A stretch of 64,000 nucleotides of DNA, taken from the NCBI RefSeq assembly GCF_035084215.1, contig NC_090350.1, positions 19,902,001-19,966,000 of the forward strand, written 5' to 3'. A program made the translations under genes and the position numbers. How positions within the stretch are numbered: the first letter of the stretch is position 1; every line of letters starts with the position of its first letter. A model generated the notes under the pieces. The model saw only the letters and a list, made by a program, of their open reading frames with translations, ran no database searches and was not told the DNA's origin. Origin of the DNA: Heptranchias perlo (lineage: Eukaryota). Below are positions 50,431-62,065 of this stretch, piece after piece.

Positions 50431-52625
50431 CTTGAGTTAACAAATACAATATTGAAATACTAGCTGCCCCAAAGGCTCAGCTGAGAAAGACAGGGTGTAA
50501 CTAGTCCAAACACACCAGAAGGTCCGGGTTTGATTTCTAGTTTGTGTAGAGCTAGGAGCTCTCAGCCTGGGTGGCAGAAGAAATTTGACAATTGACCCCA
50601 ACTTACTGGGAAAATTAGTTCGGTTTCCCACTCCTCTGTGATCCAGCAGCAACTGCTGGAAAATACACATGTAGATGTCAGAGGAGAAGAGAATTTTGCT
50701 TATCTGTGATGCAGCCCACCCCTTCCCTCCTTAACCGAATAGGGTGCTGAAGAAAGAAATAACTTGCATTTTTGCAGTGCCATTATCATATCTCACAGGA
50801 CCGCCCAAAATGCTTCACAACAAATAACTTGCTTTTAGGTGTAGTCACTGTTATTATGTAAAACCAGTTTCCTGCAAAGTTAGGTCATTATGTGGAGAAG
50901 TATTTGATCGAGAGGTACAGTGTTGTCTGTAATATTTTAGATCCTGGTATTGGTCAATGGGCTGCAATGGACCTTTCCAGTCCTGTACACTCCTTTGCTC
51001 CTATGTTTGCATGAAAATACAGTATTTTTTCCACTGTACTAAAAAATTAAATGGAGGAGTTTGCTACATATAGGACAAATTGTTTACAGAGATACAATTA
51101 ATTGTACCTGACAGAGATATTCGGAAACCATTGCGATACGATGAAATCCTCTGCTTGTTATCCAAATCAATTCCCTTTTACTATTTCAGGGACAACTGCT
51201 CAATTCCATTAACCTTCCATTTTCAAATCCATCTCAGCTTCACTCACTTTTTCCATGGTTTTCCTGTTTTGGTATTGTACTATTGTTTCTTGTTGTGGAA
51301 AATATATTTGCACTCAATAACGTGAGAGATGTTGAGGCTGGGGAATAGGATGTGTTCCATTTACTATCAGGTCAGTTATAAGGACCAAATGCACAGTAAA
51401 ACTCCTGCTCTACCAACAATGTGCCTACTCCCATCCTCAAAAGAGTAGCCTATACTACATCTATATGGCATTTCCATATATTACACCCGCAATCCTTAGG
51501 GGTTGTCTGAGTGACAAATTATGAGCAGTTTATACTATAGATTCAAGCCCTCTAGGATCTTGGTTGAGAGTGCCTCAACTCAATTCATGTTAGCCTCTGG
51601 CAGCCACAACAGAGAAGAGGTTTTCTTCCCATTGGTCTGGTCTGGATTCAAATCCAGGCCATAGGGATGAAAGAGTAGGGTATTAACTCAATGTGGCACT
51701 TTGACCTTATTGTGTTATTGATAAATGCTCATTAATTTGTGCTCTGCAGATTGATTAATGGCAGCCTTGGATGAGTCCATGGCATAAAAGTTCAATGTTG
51801 AAGTGATTCTAATAGTCTTTGATATTACTCTGCCTACCGTGGAGTCTGGCTGGAGATCAGCTAGCAGTAGGCGGCACAACTTTGTTCACAGCCTCCATGG
51901 TGAATCTCAGCTGACACATGCGCTGTTTCTCAGCCGAGTCCAGGTAAGTTCACCTTTGCCTAAACACGAAGGTTGGGAGGGTAACGGGCGGTTGCAGCCC
52001 TCATCTCATGTAATCTGACATGTCTCACGACCCTCTGTTATTCCTCTTCTTCCTCAAAATAATATTAATAAAGAGGAATAGAAATAGGTATACCCATTAT
52101 CTTAATTAGTAGGTTGGTAGCAAAATATGGGTGGATGAAAACCCTTGCCTTTTATTATTTGAAAAAAAAGCTCAGTAAAATTTGTAAGCAAGAATTTGTA
52201 GGCTTTTAAAAGATAAATGAGAATGATAGGAGTGACTCTGTGATTCTGCACTGCCAGTGGGGATCACACATTTATGGGAAGAACGGCTTTCTGTTGGGAG
52301 CGCAGAATCACCCTATTATTCCAAGCCCGTGATCATTCTTCAGCCTTGTCCTGAAGGTTAAACTGAAGAAGCAGTGGATTTGCAAACATGTATAGATTTT
52401 CTCCTACTCATTCCACACAAAGGGGGAATTCTTTTGTTGTCCCTGTTTAGATGACAGATTCTTTGGAGACAAGGATTGGTCAGATAAATAAAGTGTTAGC
52501 ACAGTGTGGAAAACGTTCAGCATCATGTTCTCCAGAGTCAGCTGATCGAGCTCAGCAGTACCTTACATTATCTTCTATACAGACAGTGGGTCTTCCTTCT
52601 GTCCATCTGAGATCTATGTTATATT

Positions 52626-53411
52626 GGCCCAGAGTATGCTGTAGCCGGTTAACAAATGGCGTCCGCCATAAGTTAGACTTGCCCTTACCCGTTTAATCTC
52701 CATGAGATTTTGCACTGGAAGCTGCTGGAAATGTGAGATGGAAACAGTGCGGCGCCCCCTATAGGGCATCCGGGATCTGAGTGAACACGGCAAGCAACTG
52801 TGTATCTCCTTAACCGTTCAGATTGAAGGATTGTTAAATGAACAGCCCCAGAGTTTGAACAAGGAAGTGTAAGTTAGAATGGTGAATTCAATGTCAAATC
52901 AGGTACAGAAAGAGAAATAGAGGGAAAGAAAGACTGGATAAAGAGAGAGAGAAAAAAGACAGAAAGAAAGAGTAAAAAAAATTTAAAATTTTATTTAAAT
53001 TTTTTTAAATCTCCAACATAAATTAAAACATTAAGGAATGAGATTCCATGCTTGTAATAGTTAATTTTCAGTGCCAGAGAGGTTGATTGACAGTAATTAA
53101 CACTTATCACGCTGTTACAAAGGGTACTTAGACTGAACTGGACAAGCCCTAACTTCCTGTGGTGAGTTTAGTTCGTATCTACCATGCAAATACAGGAATT
53201 TCATGTCATTCAATGTATTTGAATGGTGAGTCAGACAGAGAGATGCCATTTTTGTGAACCTAATGGCGGAAAGGCGCATCCCGGTCAGCAACTATTGGAT
53301 TTTCGTTTTTTCCTGCGCAACTGCCCTCGCCTGAAGTTGCTTTGTGATTTGTGCATAAATAACGGTGAGTGCCGTTAGCCTCTCCGTTATTTTGATAGCA
53401 AATTGTGGGCC
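52626..53411. mobile_element. Non-autonomous Harbinger-group element
   Basis: Termini ggcccagagtatgct...agcaaattgtgggcc; ATT on both flanks; reverse homologue of 35969-36749. Confidence 0.7.
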
Positions 53412-55402
53412 ATTGTGATTATATTGTGGTTAAATATATTATATCTACATATATATCTATCTACTTTTTAGATTTCTTACATAGTAGGCAATATGCCCAG
53501 GCTGAGTGGTTGGCAGACAAATTGCTCCTTGGCCTATGCCAGTGCAGCAATTGAACCAGCCAGACATGAAACATCAATGATAGCTGAAATTGTGCACTGA
53601 CCACATGGTGAATCATGCCAGGTAAACTCACTTGCCACACCATTCATAAGGCAGCCTCTGGGAAGCATGTGAGAGTGGCCTGCAGTCCCTGTACAAAAGC
53701 TTCTTCTGCTTGGCATCCTATAAAACTCTCTCCGTGGGAATCACATTTTTAATGTTTATCAATATGATTTTACATTGAATTGTTGATTCATTTTGTTGAT
53801 TCCATGACTGGTACAGAACAATCTAGGTGACACAGAGTTCCAGATCTAGAAATTAAACTGTGAGTACAAATCACTTTCAGTTGATAAGTCCACTGTTATT
53901 CTAATCGGCTGAATCAGTGGCAGACTGGCACCCCCAAAAGGGCACAGGATTCTTATGGAAAAAGAGGGCCCAGTGATACAGCGTTATGAACCATTCACAA
54001 TGGTACTTATATAGCCAGTCTGTCCCTAGACCTATTGGATGCAGAGTGGCAGCACAAAGATCAGCAATGCTTTAAGTAAAATCCATCAAACCGCATTGGT
54101 TGCTGCTCAGGACAGAGAGGTCCACCTACACAACTGGTGTGTTTTCAACTCACCAACCAGTGAATGCATAAAAAAAACTTCATATGTACAGAGCCCAGTA
54201 TGTTCTTTGTGAACAATGTGGAAAAATTACTTTCTTAATTACTGCTAGATTGTCAACTAGAACATTGGCCCCTCCTTGTGGCCATAATCTGATGGAGGTG
54301 TTGTGTTGCAAAACTGTTTCTATTTGAACCAGTCCTGCAGTATATGCTGGGGCTCCCAGAGCTCCAGAGTTCACCCCTTTTATATTGCAGGGCGGATGGC
54401 AATGAAGAAACCACTTTTGATGCACAATTGTTTCAAACTGTCATTGTGATTTGCATTTTCTAGCTGTGAATCTCCCGTAATGCTTGGGGAAGGTTCGTAC
54501 AGATCAGCAATGAGAAAATACACTGCCGGTCTCAACTGGTAAGTGTGCTCCCAGATATGCAGCTGGGAAGAGAACAGTGAATGGGCTCAGTTCTTCTCCA
54601 GTGCCATTTCACCTGCCTGCAATCCCTCAATTGCTCCTCCTCTCTTCCTCCAAAAACATAAATATAGAGGGATTCCCAATGGGTCTCCCATTGCCCAATT
54701 TCCAGGAGCAAATCAAAAATGGCAAACCAAATATGATTGGCACAAAACCTTATCAAAAATTGAGTGGACAAGAAAAAATTTATTTAAAATACTGTTAAAA
54801 AACACATCAAATAAGCCTACAAAAACATGTTTTACTTGCTGTCTGCCCTTTTAAATAACAAACCTCAGCATGGCCAGTGAAAATGATGCCAGCATTGCTG
54901 ACTGTTTAAGTTTGCTACAAACAATATTGCTACTTCCAAAGAAGGCTGAGAAAAGCACCTCTGGAGGTGGCTTTTTGCCCCTCTCGTGGCAGTAGCGCGC
55001 CCCCATCAAATTATACTGCTTGAAGTCAGGGCTGCAGTCACTGGTAGTGTTTTATCATAAAGGAGACCCGTTCTCCTATGAGGAGAGACAAGATTCCATC
55101 CTATTTTCTCACGAGAGGCACAAGTTGGTGAGAGAAGTTGAAGGCAATGCCTCCACTCCCATTCTTTTGTCTTTACCTATCTGTTTGGGGGAAGATGTCC
55201 TCTGGCCACTATAAGCGAGGTTATAAGCATATTGGGAAAACTTTCTTCGACTGCTACATTGTAATGTAGCGAGTGATTTCCTCTAGCTGCTAAGTGTTAG
55301 TGACAATGTAACCCCAGCAGGAAGAATTCCTGTTTGCTGTTTTTAGCAAAATCATAAAAAGATTCTAAAAGAACAGGTTTACAATTTTGCTATTGCATAG
55401 CC

Positions 55403-55838
55403 TCATCTGTGGCTCAGTTGGTATCATTCTTGCCTCTGAGTTAGAAGGTTGTGGGTTCAAGTCTTCCTCCAGAGACTTAAGTACAAATATCTAGACTGGC
55501 ACTTGAGGGAGTACTGCACTGTTGGAGGTGCTATCTTTTGGGTGAGATGTTAAACTGAGGCCCTGTCTACCCTATCAGGTGGATGTAAAAGATCGCTTGG
55601 CACTATTCGTAGAACAGCAGGGGAGTTCTCCCTGGTATTCTGGCCAATATTTATCCTTCAACCAACTTCACTAAAACAGATTATCTGGTCATTCAATATC
55701 AGATTGCTGTTTGTGGGACCTTGGTGTGTCCAAATTGGCTGCCATGTTTCCTACATTACACTTCAAAAGTACTTCATTGGCTATAAAGTGTCTGAGGTTG
55801 TGAAAGGCACGACATAAATGCAAGTCTTTCTTTCTTTA
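55403..55838 (+). mobile_element. Near full-length tRNA-head/Deu-domain SINE with L2-like tail
   Basis: A box tggctcagttgg, B box ggttcaagtc, central gatgtaaaagatc...ggccaatatttatcc, tail taaatgcaagtctttctttc. Confidence 0.8.
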
Positions 55839-56062
55839 CTGTATAGAATTAGATAAATATTAGAACATAGGTTACAATTTTGAACCAAAGCACCTGTCAT
55901 TGCAGAAGAAACGTAAAAATACATTCTGTGTATTCCTGTTACATTCCTTGCTTCTAACACCTTACTACCAAGCATTGTGAAGAGTTCTAATTTTGTACCA
56001 CAATTATTTTATAAAATTTCTTGTGACATGTCAAAGATGCACCAAGCAAATCCAAACAGACT

Positions 56063-57758
56063 GGGCTAGCAATTGGGCAATGTAGCACCCGTTGCTTTGG
56101 CGCTACGCGGCCACCCGAACATCCAAGATGGCGTCTTGGCTGCATATGCACGTTTCCAGCGTGACGTGCGCCGGACGCCATCATGGTATAGGTATCAGCG
56201 CATGTGCAAATACCGAATGCCGCAGCATGTAATGTAATGAGAAAATGGATACAATCAGTGTGCAACGCTGATTTAGAGTGATAGACACCATTTTGGGACT
56301 TAACGCTCAACTCAATGCACAGTCTTAACTACGACCATCTGAACATGTCTTCGAGTGCTTGGAGGACCCCCTTCCCACCACTGCTATTTAAAGGGACCAT
56401 GCAGGATTTACAGTTGCTGGGTTACTGCTTCTGGCTGCCGATACATTTGTAACTATTTTTGGAGGTCTCCTATACTTGAACACCAGGCCACAGGGACATA
56501 GCCTAACATTTAGAGCCAGGACGTACAGGAGTGAAGTTAGGAAACGCTGCTACATGCAAAGGGCGGGAGAAGTTTGGAACAGTCTTCTGCAAATGGCAGT
56601 TGATGCTAGCTCAATTGTGAATTCTAAATCTGAGATTGATAGATTTCTGTGAACCAAGGGTATTAAGGGATATGGGGCTAAGGCGGGTATATGGAGTTAG
56701 GTCACAGGTCCACCATGATCTCACTGAATAGTGGAACAGGCTCAAGAGGCTAAATGCCACTGCCACTTGCTGCCTCCTGATATGCACCACCTTCTCCTGC
56801 AAGAAAGCGGGACATGTGTCTGGGTGATGTGCCTGTAATGGTTGAATAGCTGCCAGTGTGTGTGGCCTGTGAGTTGTGGGTGGGTGGCTTGCAACAGTGG
56901 TAATGTGTAAGGGTGAGAGGAAGCATCTGATTGGAAAAGTTGAGTACTGATGGAAAGAGTTTGTTGGTAGGTGGGTGATGGGGGTGTAGTGCATGGAGCA
57001 GTGGATGTGGTTAGTGGTGTAGTTGGTAGGAGACGCCACTTGACAGTTGACCTCACCGTTTGACCACTCGTAGCAAAGCATTGAACTTCTTCCTGCACTA
57101 CATCCATGTTCATGATGCTGTGCGCCTGGCATTGACTTCGTCCCCCGCTGCCTCCCATTGCCTTTTGGGCATATGTCTGGAGGGCCTCTTGCCCCTCCCA
57201 CCCCCCGCGGATAAACAATGTACCTCCTTCTGTCCACCTCTTGCACCAAGGCCTCTAGTGCATCAGCAGAGAACCTTGGTGCATGCACTCTCACAGGCCT
57301 GGTATAAACTCAGATCGGCAGATTGGTGAGGTCTGGCGAGCAGATTGGAGGATGTGGGATTTAGTGGTGCGCAACCTTTATTTAATGTTTTAACATAACT
57401 CATTGGTTTGTAAACATAGGGACGGGACCTGCTTTTGCCTTTTACATGTGCGATGTCTGATCTTCTTTCAGACTCTGTGCAGACAGCAGACTGTTATTTT
57501 TAGCAAATGCAGGTTCTGGCTATCTTTAAGAGATGTTAAGAGAAATCCTTTCTTTAAGAGATTGGGGATCCACTTGCTGGCGGAAAGTGCAAATTGCATT
57601 AAATCCTCATGTCAATGCTGATTTCCAATGCTGCTTGCAGGTAAGTCCTCAGGCTGGACGAAAGACTCGTCCTGCCTGCGCGGGGGCCGTCGGGCGTGGG
57701 TTAATCATGGATCATGATACCCGTGCCTGATAATAGGCCTTATCGAATTTTTCCCCAC
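56063..57758 (-). mobile_element. Harbinger-group transposon remnant with a Myb/SANT-like gene and a nested CR1 3' fragment (about 56505-56755)
   Basis: ORF 56611-57294 begins HAPRFSADALEALVQEVDRRR; termini match 28005-29407; ACT at 56060-56062 and 57759-57761. Confidence 0.8.
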
Positions 57759-58642
57759 ACTGTGTTCACTGTCTGGTCTGTGCTGAGTTTGCCAGTCTCA
57801 GTTGGGAAAGCAATAGGGACGGGCAGCACTAAAATTGCCCTTAGTCAGCCAAGGCTCCTGCTATTGATTGTTCTCCAGTGAGCCCTGCTGGAAAGTGTAT
57901 GTGTATGGACATCACATGAGGACAACATTGGGCCTGACTGTGATTCTCTCCTCCAGCCTCCCACAGGTGAATAGCCTGTCGACATTTTCCATCCAGGCTC
58001 ACTAATGAAGAATGGCCACTTGGACAGGGTAGTGAAGGGCTGCTATTGGCCGTGGGACATCAGTGGCTTCAGGAATGGAATGGTAAGGGGAGAAAGTTGC
58101 AGCAGCAAAAAAAAAACACAGCCGCACAGTAAGCGGTAGTAACTGATTGTTAGAGACAGTTTGGATGTTTCCTACATTTGTATGTAAAGATACTGCGGAG
58201 AGATAGTCAGACAGATAGATATTCTTTCAACCATTGAAAGATCTAAACTAAGAATTTGACATTCGCAGAACACGACAATTAAGATCACAAACGCTTAAGC
58301 CTGATCTGACTTGGTTGACGAGCAATAACTTACATACATTCAAACAAGGAAAAGCAGCTACTTTGGACTGACTGCCGAGTATCAGTTAAAGTGGGGGTAG
58401 GTTTCTCTGTGGGCTGTCTATCATTAAACTGTAAAAGTGCTCTTTGCAAATTTGACCTCTCAAATGGCCCATCTTTCTCAGTATTTGTGTATTCAGGAAA
58501 GGTTGTGTTCTTTTCCAGCTTTTGTATTCATTTTCTTCATTGCAGAATAAAATGTGCAGCACAAAGGAGAAGAATGATTGCCAGACTTTCTGCAGCACAC
58601 GTACAGGTCATATTAATTTTGTTCTCTACAGTCATTTACTCT

Positions 58643-58848
58643 GATGTGGAGATGCCGGCGATGGACTGGGGTGGACAAATGTAAGGAGTCGTACAACACC
58701 AGGTTATAGTCTAACAGCTTTATTTGAAATCACAAGCTTTCGGAGGCTTCCTCCTTCATCAGGTGAAGGAGGAGCAAAGCTCCGAAGGCTTGTGATTTCA
58801 AATAAAGCTGTTGGACTATAACCTGGTGTTGTACGACTCCTTACATTT
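58643..58848. mobile_element. Short Penelope-like fold-back element with a minus-strand hammerhead motif (58730-58766)
   Basis: Same gatgtggagatgccgg tail as 12219; inverted arms from about 58677 to 58848; the minus strand reads tcacCTGATGAaggaggaagcctccGAAAgcttgtga. Confidence 0.8.
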
Positions 58849-59182
58849 CTCTATCGCTGTAACCTTTTCCAGCCCGTCAACACTCCATAAACGCTGTGTT
58901 CTTCCAGCTCTGCCTCCCGTGCATCCCCCATTCCCTACATCCCACCATTGGTGGCCGTACCTTTAGCCGTCTAGGCCCTAAACACTGCAATTCCCTCCCT
59001 AAACCACCACCTTCTTCTCCTTTAAGACCCTCCTTAAAACCCAGCTCTTTGACCAAGCTTTTAGTCACCCCTTCTAATATCTCCTTCTTTGGCTCAGCGT
59101 TGATTAGTGAATAATTACGCTTCTGTGAAGTACCCTGGGATTTTTTTTCTATGTTAAAGGAGTTATATAAATGCAAGTTGCT
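58849..59182 (+). mobile_element. L2 3' fragment
   Basis: Aligns with 3775-4090. Confidence 0.7.
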
Positions 59183-59997
59183 CTTCAGGCTGCCATCGAA
59201 GCATCAGCAACATCAGCCAATCTGCAGTGCACAGATGTTCCCACTTGGTGGCAGTGTGTGCTGTTGTGCCCAACAACCGAACCGAGCACTTTTTCGAGAT
59301 GTGCCTCCAATGAATGTCATATATGAGGCCACGTACCACTGGTTATTTGTGAGAGCCTTTTGGGACTGATGTGCCCCTCAACCTCTGTGTACTGGCTTCT
59401 GACATGGCCCAGCTACTGGCTTCCCATTTTCCCAGCTGTAGCATGTGTCACCTATACAATCATTGGAAGGGGTTAGGGATAGGCGGTACAGTTTTGGACT
59501 TTTTCCAAAGATATATTTCTTTGTGCTCAGTGCCAAAGACTATTTCCATAAGCAAGGTCTCACTCTTGTGAACCATAATTTAAAGGCAGCCAGTGCCTCC
59601 AGCAAATTGCTGGCAGCTCCGGCAAAGAGATAGCACAGAAACGACGGGCCAAATGACCTCCTCTAGGTCACCCATCCTAATTTCTCCTTCTTCGGCTTGG
59701 CATCCATTTTTTTCCTTATGCCTCTGTGAATTGCCTTGGGATATTTTTCTACATTTAAGGCAGCAGATAACTGCAAGATGTTGTCGTTGCAAACATTTGT
59801 AGTTTTATGGAGAATACCTAAACCTGTAAAATTTCTAGGTAATTGGAGTGAGCCTAAGGATTGAACAGAAACATGAGTCGCTATTCGCCTCACTGGATAT
59901 AACATGTGCCCTCACATCCTCTCTTTGGCTTCAGAAAGCAGTGGAATAAACTCGATCAGAATGTGAGATTGGCCATAAACTATCAAATGGACTTAAT

Positions 59998-60970
59998 GGG
60001 CTCGATTTTCGCACCCACGATCGGGTGCGTTCGTGGCGGGGGTGGGGGGGCTGCGAAAATACGGGATTCCCGGGGCGGGTCCGGAGCCCGGCTCCAACCC
60101 GCCCACTTCGGGTTCCTCAGTGACACGCTCACATGCGCGCGCAGCCCCCGCATGTGGGACTCCCGCCGGCAATTAAAGCCAGCGATGCCACTTAACGTAC
60201 TTAAACAGGTACTTCTGGTTGTTTACAGACCTGATTGACCTGATATTTTAGGAGGGATCGGATTTTGAAATTAACTGAGACCGTTTCCCGTACTGTGGGA
60301 AACACTCCCAGTTCAAATGGATGTGTTGCAACCATCAGCCTGTGGCAGCTGCAAAGGTCCATTTGACAGGTGGAGGGGGGAGACCCTCACTCATTGCAGG
60401 AGGCCACTCTGTCACTTTGGACAAAGTTTGGCCTCCACCACCCTCCTCCTAACAATCAAATGCATAAACTTGCACACTTACCCCGGTGTCCAGACACATT
60501 TACCTACCTTGCGGACCCCCTCAAACTTCCGGATGGGGGCCGCCGCAGCTGCAGTCATGACCTCCTCGGAGGGCGAACAGCACGACCAGCCTTGCCGGCC
60601 ACGCTGTCCACCTCTGACACGTGGAGCTCCACAACACAGTGCTGTGACACATCCACCTGCACAGCAGGAGGCAAGGCAACCGCAGAGAGAGATGCGTCGC
60701 AGAGGGCACTACCCTCGCCACAGGGTCCACAGACCGAGGCTCAGCTTCCTGGACCTCTCTGAGCAGCAGTGCACATGGAGGCTCAGAGTCACTCGACATG
60801 TAGTCGTGGACATCTGCAGCCTCCTTCATGCCGAGCTGCTCCCACCTGGCCCGAGCACCATCTTCTTACCTGTCGCTGTCAAAGTCACCACTGCCCTCAA
60901 CAACTTCTCCTCCGCATCCTTCCAGGGCGCCACTGGGGACATCGCTGGCGTCTCTCAGTCGTCTGCACAA
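59998..60970 (+). mobile_element. Truncated Harbinger transposon with an N-terminal HARBI1-like transposase fragment
   Basis: ORF 60317-61063 contains RLSFLDLSEQQC.WRLRVTR...VKVTTALNNFSSASFQGATGDIAGVSQSS; left terminus gggctcgattttcgc preceded by AAT; no catalytic DDE region or right end seen. Confidence 0.8.
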
Positions 60971-61238
60971 GACTTCAGCACTACAGCCGGGATGTTGTTG
61001 GAGCCCATAGCCCTTGCTGTATCCAGTGCACTCAAGCATTTCTTGATATCACATTCTAAGTGATCAAAAATGTTAAATTAAGTCATCTTATTGTTCAAAC
61101 CTCTCACTAATATCACGTGTTGTGATTTTTCTTTCAAAGAATGTGAGGTTACAAGCTCAGGCTCAGTTATTCAGGGTGCTGCTGGTGTGCCTGGAGTACC
61201 AGGAAAACCAGGAATGAATGGGCTGGTTTGAAAGGTAT

Positions 61239-61239
61239 G

Positions 61240-61272
<33 letters not shown>

Positions 61273-61274
61273 TA
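61239..61274 (+). repeat. (TA)n microsatellite directly after a splice donor
   Basis: Seen directly in the sequence. Confidence 0.95.
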
Positions 61275-61656
61275 TTTTCACCCACCCCCACTTTTTCTTT
61301 AAGCTATGCCTGTAATTAATACTTGCAGTGATTGCTTCTCAAAGTGAATACTAATAACACAGACTTACTATTCCAAATGCTGAATGAGATGAATGACCAA
61401 TTAACCTATTGAGGGATGAATATTGTCCAGGAGACTGGGAGAATCGTTGCTTTGGGAATAGTGATGTGGAATTTTCAATGTCCAGCTCAATGACTGGAAC
61501 AGGGAGACAGAGCTTTGGTTTAATGTCCCGTCTAAAGGTGAGCATTCCTCATAATGCAGCACTCTCAGTTCTGAGGCTTTGTTAACTTTGCTAATTCTAT
61601 TTTGGAATAACGTCAGAAAGTTTCAGAAAACCATGTAGAAAGGAGCAAAGAAAGTG

Positions 61657-62065
61657 TCAGCTTGGCTCAGTAGATAGCACTTTCGTCTCTAAATCACAGG
61701 TTATCGGTTCAAGCTCCACTCCAATATCTAAGCATATAATAGAGGCTACACTCCAATGCAATATTGAGGAAATGCTGGATTGTACGAGATGCTGTCGTTC
61801 AAACGAGATGTTAAAACGAGGACCCGTCTGCCTGTTTCAGTGGTTCAGGTCGATGTGATGTTAAAGATCCCATTGCAATATTTGAAGATGAGCAAAGTTC
61901 TCCTCAGCAGATTAACTGGTCATTCATTTCAGTGGGATTAGTGAGATATTGCTGTATCCAAAATGGCTGTTGCATTAACAACATAACAACAATCACTGGC
62001 TTCAAAGTAATTCATTCAATGGGAAGCACAATGGGATGTGTCCAAGAGATATGATAAAGTGCAAA
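61657..62065 (+). mobile_element. Diverged tRNA/Deu-type SINE
   Basis: tggctcagtag and ggttcaagct boxes; similar to 55403-55838. Confidence 0.7.

Noticed and set aside
55403-55480. tRNA gene
   Set aside because: The A and B boxes continue into a SINE body and tail, and there is no complete cloverleaf.
61229-61231. TGA as selenocysteine or a read-through codon in the ficolin exon
   Set aside because: Read-through would still leave a phase-0 donor joined to a phase-1 acceptor, so a deletion frameshift explains it better.
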